In this document: piece after piece, positions 35,633 through 48,432 of the stretch | How the letters are laid out: each line of letters begins with the position of its first letter | Numbering within the stretch: the first letter of the stretch is position 1 | Source of the DNA: Diadema antillarum | Lineage: Eukaryota | Assembly: GCF_040938485.1 (NCBI RefSeq) | Contig: NW_027270939.1 | Coordinates: forward strand, 434,001 to 498,000 | Length of the DNA: 64,000 nucleotides | Direction of reading: 5' to 3' | Program-made: the position numbers and the translations under genes | Notes under the pieces: model-generated | What the model saw: the letters and a program-made list of their open reading frames with translations, nothing else | What the model was told of the DNA's origin: nothing | Databases searched by the model: none

Positions 35633-36513
35633 TACCTAAAATGGGAAAGAATTGTTCTTGCAATACACATAAAAAATCATTTCTTTTTTTCCCCTTCTTC
35701 CTAATGGAGATCTTCCTTGTGGAGCAAAACATGTCAGTCATTCGCTGTAATCATGGCAGTGTAGATATTCATAAGGATATCAACAGAAGAATTGCAGCAC
35801 TGCAAAAAGAAATAACATCTCGCAAAAAAAATTATCAAACCATAAAAGACAAATCAAGGAAACATTTTGCTCTCATTTTCTCTGCAGCTTTTAATACCTT
35901 AGAAATCATAAATGTACATACCAAATTATGAAATCCTTCTAACAATGATTCAACAAAGATTTACAGTGTATTCAATGTTTTATACAAAAACTTTCTTGAT
36001 CAACAAAACCTAGGAATGCTAAAACCAAAACATTTTCACACATTATCCTACGCATGAACATTAGCAAAAAGAAGTTTGGCATACAACCTGTGTGAACATA
36101 CGTACACGTGTACGCACAATGCTGATACTAAATATGGAATACTGGTATGCACTCACTGTAACATTTGCACATTTTGGGGCCCTTTAACATTATATGCTAT
36201 CAATGAAACTAATTTTCAACATGGTAATTAAAAGACACTGACTACGTATACCTGTATGTTTCAAAGTTATTGATTTATCGCAAATACTGTGCCAATATTG
36301 TGTTCTAAACTAGACTCTTTTGCAAGACTGCAAGAAAGATGCAAACTGGTACAAGTTGTATTGCAAATTTACATCAAAGTACCATAAACTGAATATAACT
36401 TGTACAACCAAAACTGCTCCTTAAAGTTTTAAAAAGGAAATGCTTGTATGATTAACACAGATTTATTCTTTTATTGATCAAATATTTGCTCAATATTCTC
36501 AACAATAATGTAC

Positions 36514-36514
<1 letters not shown>

Positions 36515-36580
<66 letters not shown>
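36515..36580. repeat. (GT)n microsatellite
   Basis: Direct reading. Confidence 0.95.
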
Positions 36581-36581
<1 letters not shown>

Positions 36582-38091
36582 TAGTGGTCGTGGTGGTTGT
36601 GGCGGGGGAGAGTATGATGCATAGCTACATGTATCACATGTCGTTGTGCGAGTGTTCGAATTTTGTATACTATGTACACTGCACTTGTAGCAAAGTATCA
36701 GTAGATAGAAACTTGCCTTCATCACAAAATTTCATTAGTAAGAAATGATAATAATAAAACCCCAACATAACTCCACTCAATTAATTGTTACTAATTACAA
36801 GTAAAGTAAGAGAAAATTTAGAGAAAACCTTAGGAGAAGGGGACAACTGTCAAATATGTGTAATACAATCAATGCCTCAAATACAAAGTTTTGTCCAAAT
36901 GATTCCTTCATGAAGTTTTTACATACTAAGGTTCTGATCGATTTCATCATTACGACAGGCCATAACGAAAATGTGAATGATACGTGTAGGCTTAAACACA
37001 CAACGCTATTGAAAAATACTGAATGATCCTTCTGACCATGAGTCCATTTTAAAAAGCCAGTCCAATTACAGTGTTCTTTGCAAGATACACAGTAACATGC
37101 AACACAATGTTCAACTAAATGAAATTGACTCGGATGACGTGTTAGACATTTTCGTGATTTGACAGGCCAACTCATACCACAGATTAGATTGTCCTCAGTA
37201 TTAAGTTGTGACAGAAAAGTAGCCAAGTTTAAGAATTGCTCTGAAAAGGCTAATGCAATCAGACATTTACAGCAATGGTTTCACCTTTTCTTGAAATTTG
37301 CTTTGCGTTCAAATGTCAAAACTGACTCTTATTGTCAAGCCTTTGCCAGAATATTCATGCCTATCCACTTGCAAGACACTCACCTCATAATTATCCAGCA
37401 GTATTTTGTTCTAATCAAACACTGAGTGGTATTTGCAACTCTTCAGTCCCATACTCCAGACAGCAGAAACATTTTTAGTCATTTACAATGAACACATCCC
37501 CCATTGCAGTGTCCTTCTGTGGCATTCTCTAACCCCTAAAAACAAACATACAAACAAACACACAAACTAACAAAATTCCATGCCATCTGGCAAGAAATTG
37601 TAAGGCTTCAATGAGCAGGCATGTAAGTAGCAGGGAAGATGGGACAAACAGTAACATCACCCTTCTACAATGTATGCGGCAAGACAATACAACTTGCCTA
37701 CCAATACATGTATTGCAAAACATGATGTATTCTGAATGCATTTATTTAAATCATATTTTTTTTATCATATTCTTTGCTTCAAAGCCAGTATGTACCAATA
37801 AAATGTCTGTTTGTTTGTTTTTAATTTGTACATTACTGAAACACTGTTTTTCTGTTTGACATACAGGTATCATGAATTATTTGTATCACTTCATTTCACC
37901 TACACTGTAGATGTGATAAAAAAACAGTGCAAGACTGTAGATGCTGTTTTGTCTACCAGTGGGATAATTCATAAAGCATGATTAAGTGTTTGCTTCCACT
38001 GCTGTGTATGGACACCAACTTTTGCTTGGGACATATTCTTTTGTAAACTGTAATATGTTACAAGCACATTTTTAGTTCAGGTACACTGTTA

Positions 38092-40065
38092 TCATGAATG
38101 GTTCGCATTGGGCTTTCTAAAAATCACTAACCACAAAAGAAACCAAACAGGAATCCAAATAAGTGCTACTAAGGCAAACATTTTGTTACCAAACAAATAA
38201 GCATTGACGACTCCATCGAAGAAAGAGTCCACAGTCTTTTGCCAGCCATACGCAAGAATGTCAAAAGGAGCAGTCCTGGGGTTCAGGAATCTATGATGCA
38301 GACAGAGGAAAGTAAATAGCAGGGCTGGTGGGGAGATAATGAGGAGGAGGATCCCCTGAAATACCGTCAGGATTCTGCGGCTGGAAGGCCGCACCAGAAC
38401 TGCAACAGGAATGGTTGGCACGGCGATGAAGAAAGCCAGAGAGAAGTTGAACATGGATACACCTAAGAGGGCGATGGTGTACCAGATGAGAGTGAGGGAT
38501 TTGAGCAGCTGCCAATCTGATGGGGCATCATCATTGCCGCGGAAGTTGTTCCTCCTGCCCAAGATGGGGAGGGTGGTGATTCCAAAGAAGAAGGCCAGAA
38601 AGCCAACTGTAATGGCATCCTTTGGGGTGAGGCCAAATGTTTTGATGTGGTCCCCAAGGAAGTACTCTGGGCTAACAAAAAGAACTGCTCCTACGACATG
38701 AGCTCCTATGAGGAGGGGCATCACCTGGCCGAATGGACGGCATGCACGCTTGGCTGATATATCCCCTGATGTGCTCTTGGTATCTTTGTCCTTGTCCTGG
38801 TCACCAGTGTCATCACTTGTGGTAGGAAAAGACAGAGCTAGTAGCCACAATGCCATGGCATGAAGTGTGGGCACCACAAGCAGGAGGCCAAAGGGGATCA
38901 TGTACATACCGATGGAGATGTACCGCTCACAACCAGGGAGAATGTAGAAAAAGAATGACTGGTGGAACCTCTCCAGTAGGTTGTTCACGCTGCGGACAAT
39001 GCCTTCCATAACACGGCCAACGGCTACCGTGTCACTGGACCCCTGTCGCGTTGATGGATGGGCTTGCAGAGTCAGGGCCTCGATGTGGTACCGCATGAAG
39101 AGGCCGTGTATTCCACTCGGGTTGCCACTTGCTTGCTTAGCCATGTTCAACAACATTGTTGTAGCAGCATGCTGCAGCCCTTCCAGTTTCACAACCACGC
39201 GATCCGGCACATTATACCTGTTCTGGAAGGTGACGGGCACCCTTTCGACTCTGCAGAGCCTGACAGCGAGGTTAAAGAGATCCAAGTTGGGCAGCTGCCC
39301 GTTGATGCCTTCAATCTTGACATCAATGTGGTCTGTGAGCTCTGAGCCCAGCTCCAGATTTATGGCAGCTATGATGCCACCACTGCGACCAAGCATCAGA
39401 CTAGACTGGATGTATTCTGAGTGTCTGTCATGGTAACCATCCAACCACGCCTGCATCCCAACCTCCTCCTTGTCAACAATTACGAAGATGATGTCCTTAG
39501 ACCAATACATCTGTCTACTGAAGAACTTGGCCACAGAAAGCACGAGCCCTATACCAAAATTGTTACGGTCCAAAGTTTTGCTGCTTTCCTTGTTCCGAAA
39601 TGGCACTGTGATGACCATGGCTTCCGTGCTGGCTATTCTCGGCGCGCGAAGGATGGCATACACATTTGTTCCCGAGTTGGAGTCCACCAGTGCATTCCTG
39701 TCACCCTTCTCCATGAAGGGGTGATTGACTGTAAAATTCTGCTCAAAGACGTCCAACCCCAACTCTGTGAACTGCTCCCTCAGCCACTCCACTGGCATCT
39801 TAGCACGTCCACCATCTACCGCCGCCAGTCTCGTCAACTCCTTGGCGTAATTCTGGACATCCTGCTCACTCTGGTACTTCCTATCCACCAGACCAGGCAA
39901 CAGGGCGTTTTCTGAGAAGTATGTTTTCTCATTCAGTGGGGTGAAAGCCAGAGCCAGTAGTGCCAAGACCCCAGCGATGTACAATACCACCTCTAGAGGT
40001 TTGTGGACGGCCAGGATGACACGAGACATAAAGGCCTGGGTGCGCGTGTCTGTTAGGAGACCCAT
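38092..40065 (-). CDS. GPAA1: GPI transamidase component GPAA1, single-exon ORF of 657 aa
   Basis: N-terminal MGLL, TM segment, TYFSENALLPGLV, GTNVYAILRAPRIASTEA, EGINGQLPNLDL, LLERFHQSFFFY, several C-terminal TM helices; Kozak CCACCATGG. Confidence 0.96.
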   Translation of the reverse strand: MGLLTDTRTQAFMSRVILAVHKPLEVVLYIAGVLALLALAFTPLNEKTYFSENALLPGLVDRKYQSEQDVQNYAKELTRLAAVDGGRAKMPVEWLREQFTELGLDVFEQNFTVNHPFMEKGDRNALVDSNSGTNVYAILRAPRIASTEAMVITVPFRNKESSKTLDRNNFGIGLVLSVAKFFSRQMYWSKDIIFVIVDKEEVGMQAWLDGYHDRHSEYIQSSLMLGRSGGIIAAINLELGSELTDHIDVKIEGINGQLPNLDLFNLAVRLCRVERVPVTFQNRYNVPDRVVVKLEGLQHAATTMLLNMAKQASGNPSGIHGLFMRYHIEALTLQAHPSTRQGSSDTVAVGRVMEGIVRSVNNLLERFHQSFFFYILPGCERYISIGMYMIPFGLLLVVPTLHAMALWLLALSFPTTSDDTGDQDKDKDTKSTSGDISAKRACRPFGQVMPLLIGAHVVGAVLFVSPEYFLGDHIKTFGLTPKDAITVGFLAFFFGITTLPILGRRNNFRGNDDAPSDWQLLKSLTLIWYTIALLGVSMFNFSLAFFIAVPTIPVAVLVRPSSRRILTVFQGILLLIISPPALLFTFLCLHHRFLNPRTAPFDILAYGWQKTVDSFFDGVVNAYLFGNKMFALVALIWIPVWFLLWLVIFRKPNANHS

Positions 40066-41590
40066 GGTGGTGCAGGCTTAAAGACTTCTTGCAACTATGA
40101 AACAGTCTTGGGCCCTGTGCCAAAGACCTGCCAGGACAAACCAAACAAGACAGAGACAATCAGTGACAAACTGGTGTTTTGCAGTCAGTTGGGACACAGG
40201 AGTGTTTAACATAGTGAAGTTTTATTCCACTTCTTGTCCTCCAAAAAAGTCATTTTCTTATGTCAATATGCTAACGTTAACTGCACAAACATTAAATGGT
40301 TGATAACCATTCCAAGCTTGCATATGTAGGGTTGATCTTGTTTCTGGCAATAAACTCAATAAAACAAACAAATAAACAAACTACTAGTAAATGCATTCAC
40401 ACCATTTACTCTGATTGTCTCTGTCTCATTTGTGTTTTTGTAACTTTACCCCTTGAAATTGATTATGTAATGATTCTAACAACAAATTTGCAATAAACTT
40501 CAAAGTTTATCATTCTCATTCATAACAAGTCTCCTTTCTTGCAACCATATCAGAGCCTTCCTTGACGTGAACCGCTTGTTGAGGAAACTGGCATGTATGC
40601 GTGAATTCCATTCTCATAGCTGTCACACACTATTTTTAATGTGATCATAAGAAACTAAACCAAAAATGAAAAAAAAAAACCCTTAAATTCTCCTATCTTT
40701 GTTAAACAGACATGACATTGCTGAAGAATAATATGCAACCACTTCAAATGATTTCGACAGGAAAATGAAAAAAAAACTTCAGCGCCAATGTACTTTTGTG
40801 TCCATGTCTTTTTCAATAATCAACTAAAATGTCAACTTGCCATTCGAGCAAAATCACTGAAAATTCATTTCTATCATACTGCTCCCACGTTGAGTCCATC
40901 ATCCCTGTTCGCACAATACAATGGCTAACGTCAATGTGCAGGTAGTGTATGCTGCGATCTCTCGCGGAGAGTGAGTTTGTTTTGTTTCAAGTTAAGACTT
41001 GAAAGTTGATGGCGACAACCCATTCGATTCAACTTGATGTAGGCACTAGATCACTGGAAATAAGCTTATCAGGCAGAGTATTTTTAATATACCCCTTTGA
41101 TGGCCTTTTCATCAATGAATGAAATGGCCTTTGCCTGCTGCACAAACAGTTGAGCTCTAACGTTAGGTATGATTGAGGGTATACCGCCTATCGCCACCCT
41201 AACCAGATCTACAGTTTGTTTATTCCAAAAGTATAAAACAAATTTGCCTATTTGCCTCAGATATGCCGTAAATACTGCAGTTTCAAATCTCGTGACCGTC
41301 CTGTTGATTCTGAATCTCCGTAGTGAAATAACACCATTTTACTAGTGTGTGCGATGCATTTTCTTTGCGCGACTTAAAGGGTACCTCAAGTTCAGCACCC
41401 CCTCCCTCAATACATGCATCATGTTCGTAATTTACTAAGCGGATGTGTAACTGAACCACGTTTAGTTTAATGAACATTGTTAGATTGTTTAAGAGTTTGT
41501 TTTCGTCTCTTCATTTTCATTATTTTCATAGCTTACGTCTACACATGGCACATACACGCGTACCCTTTCGTTCTAACCATTAGATTTCTA

Positions 41591-42380
41591 GAGTAAACCC
41601 CCTAATTTTCAGACACATAACCTTTTCTGCAATATTTGTTAAACTCAAAAAATACTCTACAAAATTACATCTATAACAATCTATGTTAAATATATCAAAC
41701 TACATTTTCCCAATATTGATTTTGTTACATACATCATTCATAAAATTTCACAAAATCCCCAAATATTATCACCTTGTCAATTCCCCAATTTTTGGACAGC
41801 CTCTCCAATTCGGACACGCGATATGTGCGCTCAATGTCAATACGCATACAAGGTCGCTGAAAAATGAGCGCGCGCCTTACCTTGTTGGTGGAAGCTTGCA
41901 TCGGGGACGTTGCAGTGCCCATTCGTGTTCAAATTTTGGTGACTTGGCACTTGCATTCGGCCCCTACAACATTTATTACCTGCATCGGCATGTACAGAAA
42001 TCTTGTTTTTCTTTTGTGTTTTTGAGGATACCATCACACTCTGAGCTTGTGATAAGCGAAAAATCTCGCAACTGAACAGCGTAATTTTTCAATTTTTAGC
42101 ATTTTTTTTCGGCAACCCCGGGACCTAGAAAACCTACAATTCGCGTGCGCTTTGGATAAGTTGCGCCGATTCTGCGTTTTTGACGGCGAAATTTGGGATT
42201 TTAGATGGGTTTTAGGAGGTGACTCGGGCACTTTCCTGTGATGAATGAGTGTGCCAGTAGCTATGTGAAACGATGTGATATGCATGTAATGTGACAGTAG
42301 AATTTGCTGGCTTGTAATACCGTAAGTGATACGTCAGTGTCCGGATTCAGGAGGCCGGCCGAAAATTGGGGATTTTACTC
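41591..42380. mobile_element. TA-flanked non-autonomous TIR element, copy A
   Basis: TA|GAGTAAACCCCCTAATTTTC ... GAAAATTGGGGATTTTACTC|TA. Confidence 0.7.
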
Positions 42381-42382
42381 TA

Positions 42383-43148
42383 GAGTAAGAACCCCAATTT
42401 TCGGCCGGCCTCCAATATCCGGACACTTACCACTTATCACAAGGCAGCAAAGTCGACTGTCACAGCACAAGCATATCACATCGTTTCACACACTAGCACA
42501 CTCGTTCACACCACGCGAAAATGCCCGAGTCACCTCCAAAAATCCATCTAAAATCCCAAATTTTGCCGTCAAAATCGCGGAATCGCCGCGACTTTTCCAA
42601 AGCGCGCGCAAATTAGGGCCTGTGTAAAGAATCGGGGTCGCCGAAAAAGCGCTAAAAATTGAAAAATTACGCCGTTCTGTTGCGAGATTTTTCGCTTATC
42701 GCAAGCTCAGAGTGTGATGGTATCCTCAAAAACACAAAAGAAAAACAAAGTCTCCGTACGTGCCGATGCAGTGAATAAATGTACAGGGGCTGAATGCAAG
42801 TGCAGAGTCCCCAAAATTCGGACACGAACGGGCGCCACAACATCCCCAATGCAACCTTGCGTCAAGAAGGTATGGCGCGAGCGGATTTTTCAGCGGCCTT
42901 GTATGCGTACTGACATTGCACGCGTGTCCGGATTTTGGAGACGCTGTCCGAATTTTGGGGAATTGACAAGGTGATAATATTTGGGGATTTTGTGAAATTT
43001 TATGATCGGTTTGAGAAAATCAATATTAAGAAAAATTAGTTTGATATATGTAACAAACATTATTATAGATTTCATTTTGTGGAAAATTATTTGAGTTGAA
43101 TAAATATTGCAAAAAAGCTTAAGTGTCCGAAAATTGGGGCTTTTACTC
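42383..43148. mobile_element. Same family, copy B, inverted relative to A
   Basis: TA|GAGTAAGAACCCCAATTTTC ... GAAAATTGGGGCTTTTACTC|TA; internal sequence is the reverse complement of A. Confidence 0.7.
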
Positions 43149-43158
43149 TATGCGTTAA

Positions 43159-43761
43159 CCCGTTCCTTCCGCAATTCTCTGAGTGCCTTTAATGCCCCCA
43201 AACGGGATTCTTTTCGCCCGTCGACAAAGAGGCACACAGGTTGGTAATCCAGCTGTGTGAAGTCAGTCAAGCGGTTCATTGTGTCCCCCTTTCTACGGTA
43301 AACTACATGTGCCTGTAAACAATGGAAATATCGATCGGGTGCGAGGTATGAATAGAGCGTGCGCTGATGAGCTCTCAGAATCTTTTGTTCTACACAAAAC
43401 CAGGTACCTGAATGAGGTGACTGGGGTCAGCGAACCCGCATTTCTAACTGATCTCAGCCTCGATCATTACGTACATGTTCGTACGAGTTTACAGCAGAAC
43501 AAGCAAAAAACTAAATCGGGAAAAGGTATATAATACTGTAAACCCCCCTTTTTTGAAACAGCAGGAGAACAAATCCTGATAGAATAAACTCTGATCTTTT
43601 TATCAAACTCACTTTTCTGAGCATTCTAACACAAAGAAACATGAATTTAGGCCACTGAAGCAGGCATCTTTGTCTTCATTTTGGGAACCTGGTAAACCAG
43701 GTTCCCGTATATCAGTTGCTCCCACGGGAACCTGGTAAACCAGGTTCCCGTAAGGAACGGG
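43159..43761. mobile_element. piggyBac-like non-autonomous element
   Basis: TTAA|CCCGTTCCTT ... AAGGAACGGG|TTAA. Confidence 0.7.
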
Positions 43762-44759
43762 TTAACAATCATGATACGCAGGGCCCTGCCGATACGTGGT
43801 ACCCTTACCATACAACTCAAGTAGGCACATCACCCTGCTGCAAACACTAAAGGGTTTACCAAAATTTATGCATCTTGTGATTTTGGTGCAATTTGGTTCA
43901 GTGGGATTTAGGATATCTAGCATTGAATAAGTAACGTTAGAAAAAAATAAGCGTTAAACCGTTACACTTTGTGATGCTTACAGCTAATTACTGATTACAT
44001 GTATAATACATCACTCACAAAATGTTACACAAAAAATTTAAAAAGTTTATATCAAGTCATTAGCACCCCGACTTCTAACCTGTGTTACTACTGTTTAATA
44101 GTAAGATTATCTAGACTGTAACACACAGTTAGCTAGCTGTCAGTAGTTCAATATAAAAAAAGGCTTACATAACACCTGAAGCCTGATGAAGACTTTCATT
44201 TGATTGGTTGTTTGCCCTTGATCATTCGGCCCATTTCACTATGACATCATAATCCATGCAACTGTGGCTCCATTTACCGTGCAATTTTGGATCCATACGA
44301 ATTGCTCCATTGCACGCTCGCTGAGACTCAGAGACCTGCACGCTTGCTGCACACTACGCGTGTCATTAAAACGCTTGCATTTGCAGTGTGTGTATGCGAC
44401 AGCGTGCTAACGTAAAGCGCTCAGTGAGCACTCTCGCAATCTCAGTAAAGTAGGTCTAGCCCTAGTCAGATTCTCTCTTGTTTCTTTAATCTAAATTAAT
44501 AAAACATCAAATGACAAGCCAGGATCTAACTTGGGGCCAATTTAACAAATAACAAATGTTTCTCATTCGTGCAACCAATGGCATGGACAGAATATTTCAT
44601 TCGGTGAAAGATGAAATTACTGATCCATTCAACACGCTCAACTCAGCTGCGCCTCTTTGAATGGACCATTGGCATTGCATCTTCCATCTCATGAAATATT
44701 CTGTCCATTGCACTCATAAACATTCATTATTTGTACATTGTATACTGGCAAAATTACCC

Positions 44760-44849
44760 GGTGTGGCCGCGCCGCTACTCTGGCTCTCGCTCTCCCAGGA
44801 CTCTCTCTGACTGACACAGCTCAGCCTTGCTGCAAATAACTAAGCGCCA
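44760..44849 (+). other. Possible non-coding first exon / promoter of a + strand gene
   Basis: GC/CpG-richer segment ending in CCA|GTAAGT; no coding exon identified downstream. Confidence 0.25.
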
Positions 44850-45352
44850 GTAAGTAAGGCAGTATCCCATCGCCCATCCTGAACACTTACGATTAACTGC
44901 GGCGTTTAGAAATTTGTGTCAAACATTTGCTCACCTGTTGAAAATTAATCTTCACAGCCAGTACAGCTCCCAGTGTAGTAATTCAACTCATGAAGAATGA
45001 AACTACTGTAGAAATAAGTCATCTATAACTAGGCGTTGTTGTATGCAGGGGGGTACATGTACGTAGCGGGTAGTATGCTAGCTACATCCTGTACATCAAA
45101 CCATGTACCGCGCTGCATGCACCGCATGGCCAGTTTTGGTTGTGAGTTTGTGTGCGTCTGTGTGTGTATGTGTGTTCAGTGTTGGTTCAGTGTGTGTATG
45201 TGTAGGGGGGGGGGGGGGGACGGCGGATGATAGTCATGAGGGTCATTAGAAGCATAAATTCGCTTTGGACCAGATCTTGTTCGGCATTGCTCGGTAGCGA
45301 TGTAAAAGACTGGTAAATCATACTACTCGACTGAGAGAGTGTTTTCCTGAGC

Positions 45353-46857
45353 TCGTTATTCCGAAGGTTCGTTATTCCGAAGGCTTTTTAATCCGAAGAT
45401 TCGTTATTCCGAAGGTTCATTTTTCCGAATTTTATTTTCGGATTAAGGAATCTTCGGAATAACGAAAAAAATTCACGAAAAATTAACGAAAAAATTTAAA
45501 ATTGTGTACATGGTTTCAGGCAAATCGATTATCTGTTAACCCTCGCAAATGTAACTTTATTGTTTTTAGTAATCATAACAAATCATACGACACTGATTTT
45601 GTTAAAGTGGAATTGAATGATGTTCAAATTCCCAGGGTAGAGAAAACTAAATTTCTTGGTGTTATTTTAGATTCCAAATTAACATGGAAGCCTCATATAC
45701 AAGAAACAGAGAAAAAAATATCAAAGAGCATTGGTATTATATCCAGACTAAGCTACATGTTACCTACTGATGTATTACGGATGTTGTATTCCATTCTTGT
45801 TTTGCCCTATTTTGTCTTATTGCAACATGGTGTGGGGAAGTACTTTTCAGTCCAGTCTAAAGAAATTGACTTCAAAGCAAAATAAAATAGTAAGAGTTAT
45901 ACATGGAGCGAACCCGAAATCTAAAGCAGGCCCGTTATACTCAAAACTAAAATTGCTTACTTTGAAAAATATCACCACCTATCAGCAATGTATTTTTGTA
46001 TATCAGTGTGTTAACAAACTTATGCCTGACCATTTTGTTCAATTGTTTGATATCAATCAGAATGTGCATAATTATAATACACGCTCCTCGTCATTAATGC
46101 ATTTGCCCAGACCCAGAACCATGTCTTACCAACATAATATTCGTTTAAATGGGCCCCAAGAAATGGAACAATTTATCTAAAGACATAAGAAATGCACCAT
46201 CTCAAAATTGTTTTAAGATAAGACTCAAGAAAAAGTTGTATTCATCCATATAAGGTAGTTTATAGTGAGGGCTGCTAAATTTCTCTTGATTGTACTAAAA
46301 TGAAATACATGTACATGTATGTACAATGTTGCCTTGTTTGTTTTAGTATTACAAGTGTGTGTTTTAGGTTCTCTTTACCTCTCCTTAATGTATTTTTTTC
46401 TTTCTTCTCTTTTCTTTTCTTTCTCTTTTTCCTTCTTCCTATCTGTTTTCCCTCCTGCATCCCTAGCTTTAGTCTCTTGTGTATCTGTACTTCGTCTTGT
46501 AAATATATATATATTTTTTTTAAAATGTCTTTTTAGCTATGTTTCAATCAGATTCAGCTACATTTTTAAATGTTAAAGGTGCACTCACTTCAAGCTGTGC
46601 TTACTGAGTTGTCACCTCCAGTTTGTCATTACTGAATTGTTACTGCTGTTACACGAATTGATCTGGAAATAAATGTTCTATTGAATGAATGAAACGAACC
46701 TCCGGAATGACGCCACAAATGTTCGGATTAACGAATCCTTTTTCACTTTCGGATTAACGAACCTCTAGGTATAGGGAATTTGTGTGTTTCGGATTAACGA
46801 CCCTTCGGAATAACGAACCTTCGGAATAGCGAACCTTCGAAATAACGAACAGCACCC
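45353..46857. repeat. TTCGTTATTCCGAAGG-type tandem-motif element split by a LINE insertion
   Basis: Motif arrays at about 45353-45485 and, inverted, at about 46693-46857. Confidence 0.6.
45500..46692 (+). mobile_element. 5'-truncated L2/CR1-clade LINE (RT C-terminus plus 3' UTR)
   Basis: WFQANRLSVNPRKC, FLGVILDSKLTWKPHI, YCNMVWG, YNTRSS with one frameshift; AATAAA...TGAATGAA tail. Confidence 0.85.
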
Positions 46858-47691
46858 CAATTTACTCTATTCTTTTTATTGAAATATAGAGACAATTGAG
46901 TTTTTTGCTTTGTTTTAATACTTACCCTACTCAACTCAATTCCCTTTTGAACGCGGCTTATCGACAAAGCATTCCCTGGGTGTAAGACTATGAATGCTTT
47001 TCTCAGGCTCATTTTTTTCCTCGTATCTCTTCCTTTATTCGTGTCAACCCATTTTGTGTTTATTTATTATCTTTGTATAGTATCGATTTATGTCATTAAT
47101 CGAGAGATGCTTTCTATGTGGAAGGTACAATAGTTTTACAATGAATATCGATGTTTCTGAGCGCGATAATTGCAGAATATGATAATATCGATAATGTGAG
47201 AAATCTTCAGGATGAATTTGCCAGTGAAGCTTGCATATTATATCTTTCGCCAAATGAATATAACAACATGGTTCATTATGATTGCAGAAGCCTCAAAAAG
47301 AGTTCTCATAATTTTGAAACGATGATTTTATCTGCATGCATGCGAGAAATAAATTCTCTGTCATTGCTCTTTCCGAAAGGTGGCTAATGATGAAGTGATC
47401 AGTAGATGGATATCCCTATCCATGGATTATGGTGGGTAGTGAGAGAAGGGGGAAACGAGGTGGTGGTGCTGGCTTTTACGTTGTTAATTAAATTTTGTAA
47501 GACGTATAAATTAGTGTCAAAATTGAATCAAGTTTTAAAGAAATTCATATAAAATATAAAATGTTTTATTTGCCTCCATTTATACACCACATTCTCAATC
47601 CTATTGCTGAATTTTTACAGAATCTGGAAAATTCATTGAGTAAAGTGTCTGATGAGCAGATATTATGCCCGAAGAATAAGTCTTTTTACTA

Positions 47692-48241
47692 TGCTGGCCT
47701 CAGATTTCTAGGTACCGGTAGCACTAGATCCTATCCAGTCAGCTAACCGCCGTACACACAATGTACAACAAGAATAAAATTGCAGACAGTCGAGTCGAAC
47801 GTTGCACTCTTGTCTTTATTGCATTCTCCTTCTTGCTGTGCATGCGCAAGCCCAAATGCGTATGCGCATGTATGTGATGAACGAACGAACAGTAAAAAGA
47901 CTTGTGATCTTCCAAGCCTAGAAGCTTAGCCCTTCTGGATGCATTCTGATTGCGATCCTGTCCCAAGGCAGAACCATCAGATGCCAAACTTCCATCCGGG
48001 ATTCTGTGATTATCGTGTGATAATCTTACACATTTTCTGCATTTTTGCTAGACTCACGAACCAGCAAACCGTCGGTTCGTGCGCCATCTTTCTAGCCCAT
48101 TATGGAAGGCCCAAAATCACACTACTATATATTGCGTGCGCGCATACATTTCACACACAATCACTGCTACATTTGATGCGCTAACACTAGCCTACGTATG
48201 GGAAGCCGAAATTGCAAAAACAATTCAGCGCGAACAGCACA
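47692..48241 (-). repeat. 3' LTR (550 bp, TG...CA); identity with the 5' copy continues to 47667
   Basis: No differences seen versus 52883-53432; the ORF track gives identical translations for both copies. Confidence 0.85.
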
Positions 48242-48253
48242 CTCCCCCCCCCC
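48242..48253 (-). promoter_or_regulatory. Polypurine tract
   Basis: GGGGGGGGGGAG immediately before the TG of the 3' LTR. Confidence 0.85.
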
Positions 48254-48432
48254 AACGTCCGATGGACGTTAAAATTCCACAACTTAAAATGTTACCTAGG
48301 ATGTCCACCACACATCCCCTAGTGATTGAATACAAATGCACATAACTTATGGTACACATTACATGCGAAATGTAAACTCTAAAACTGAACAATTATCAAC
48401 AAGTGGCCTTCAAACTGACCATGAACAGGCGT

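Noticed and set aside
38291-40159. Multiple 70-160 aa ORFs overlapping GPAA1 in other frames and strands
   Set aside because: Shadow ORFs of a GC-richer real CDS; no recognisable motifs
40921-40970. ATG-initiated mini-exon MANVNVQVVYAAISRGE followed by GTGAGT, vaguely like a VAMP7/longin N-terminus
   Set aside because: No matching downstream exons found in the next 23 kb; the similarity is too short
45353-46857. Regular TTCGTTATTCCGAAGG repeats resembling a CRISPR array
   Set aside because: No unique spacers, no cas genes, eukaryotic context; this is a tandem-motif interspersed repeat
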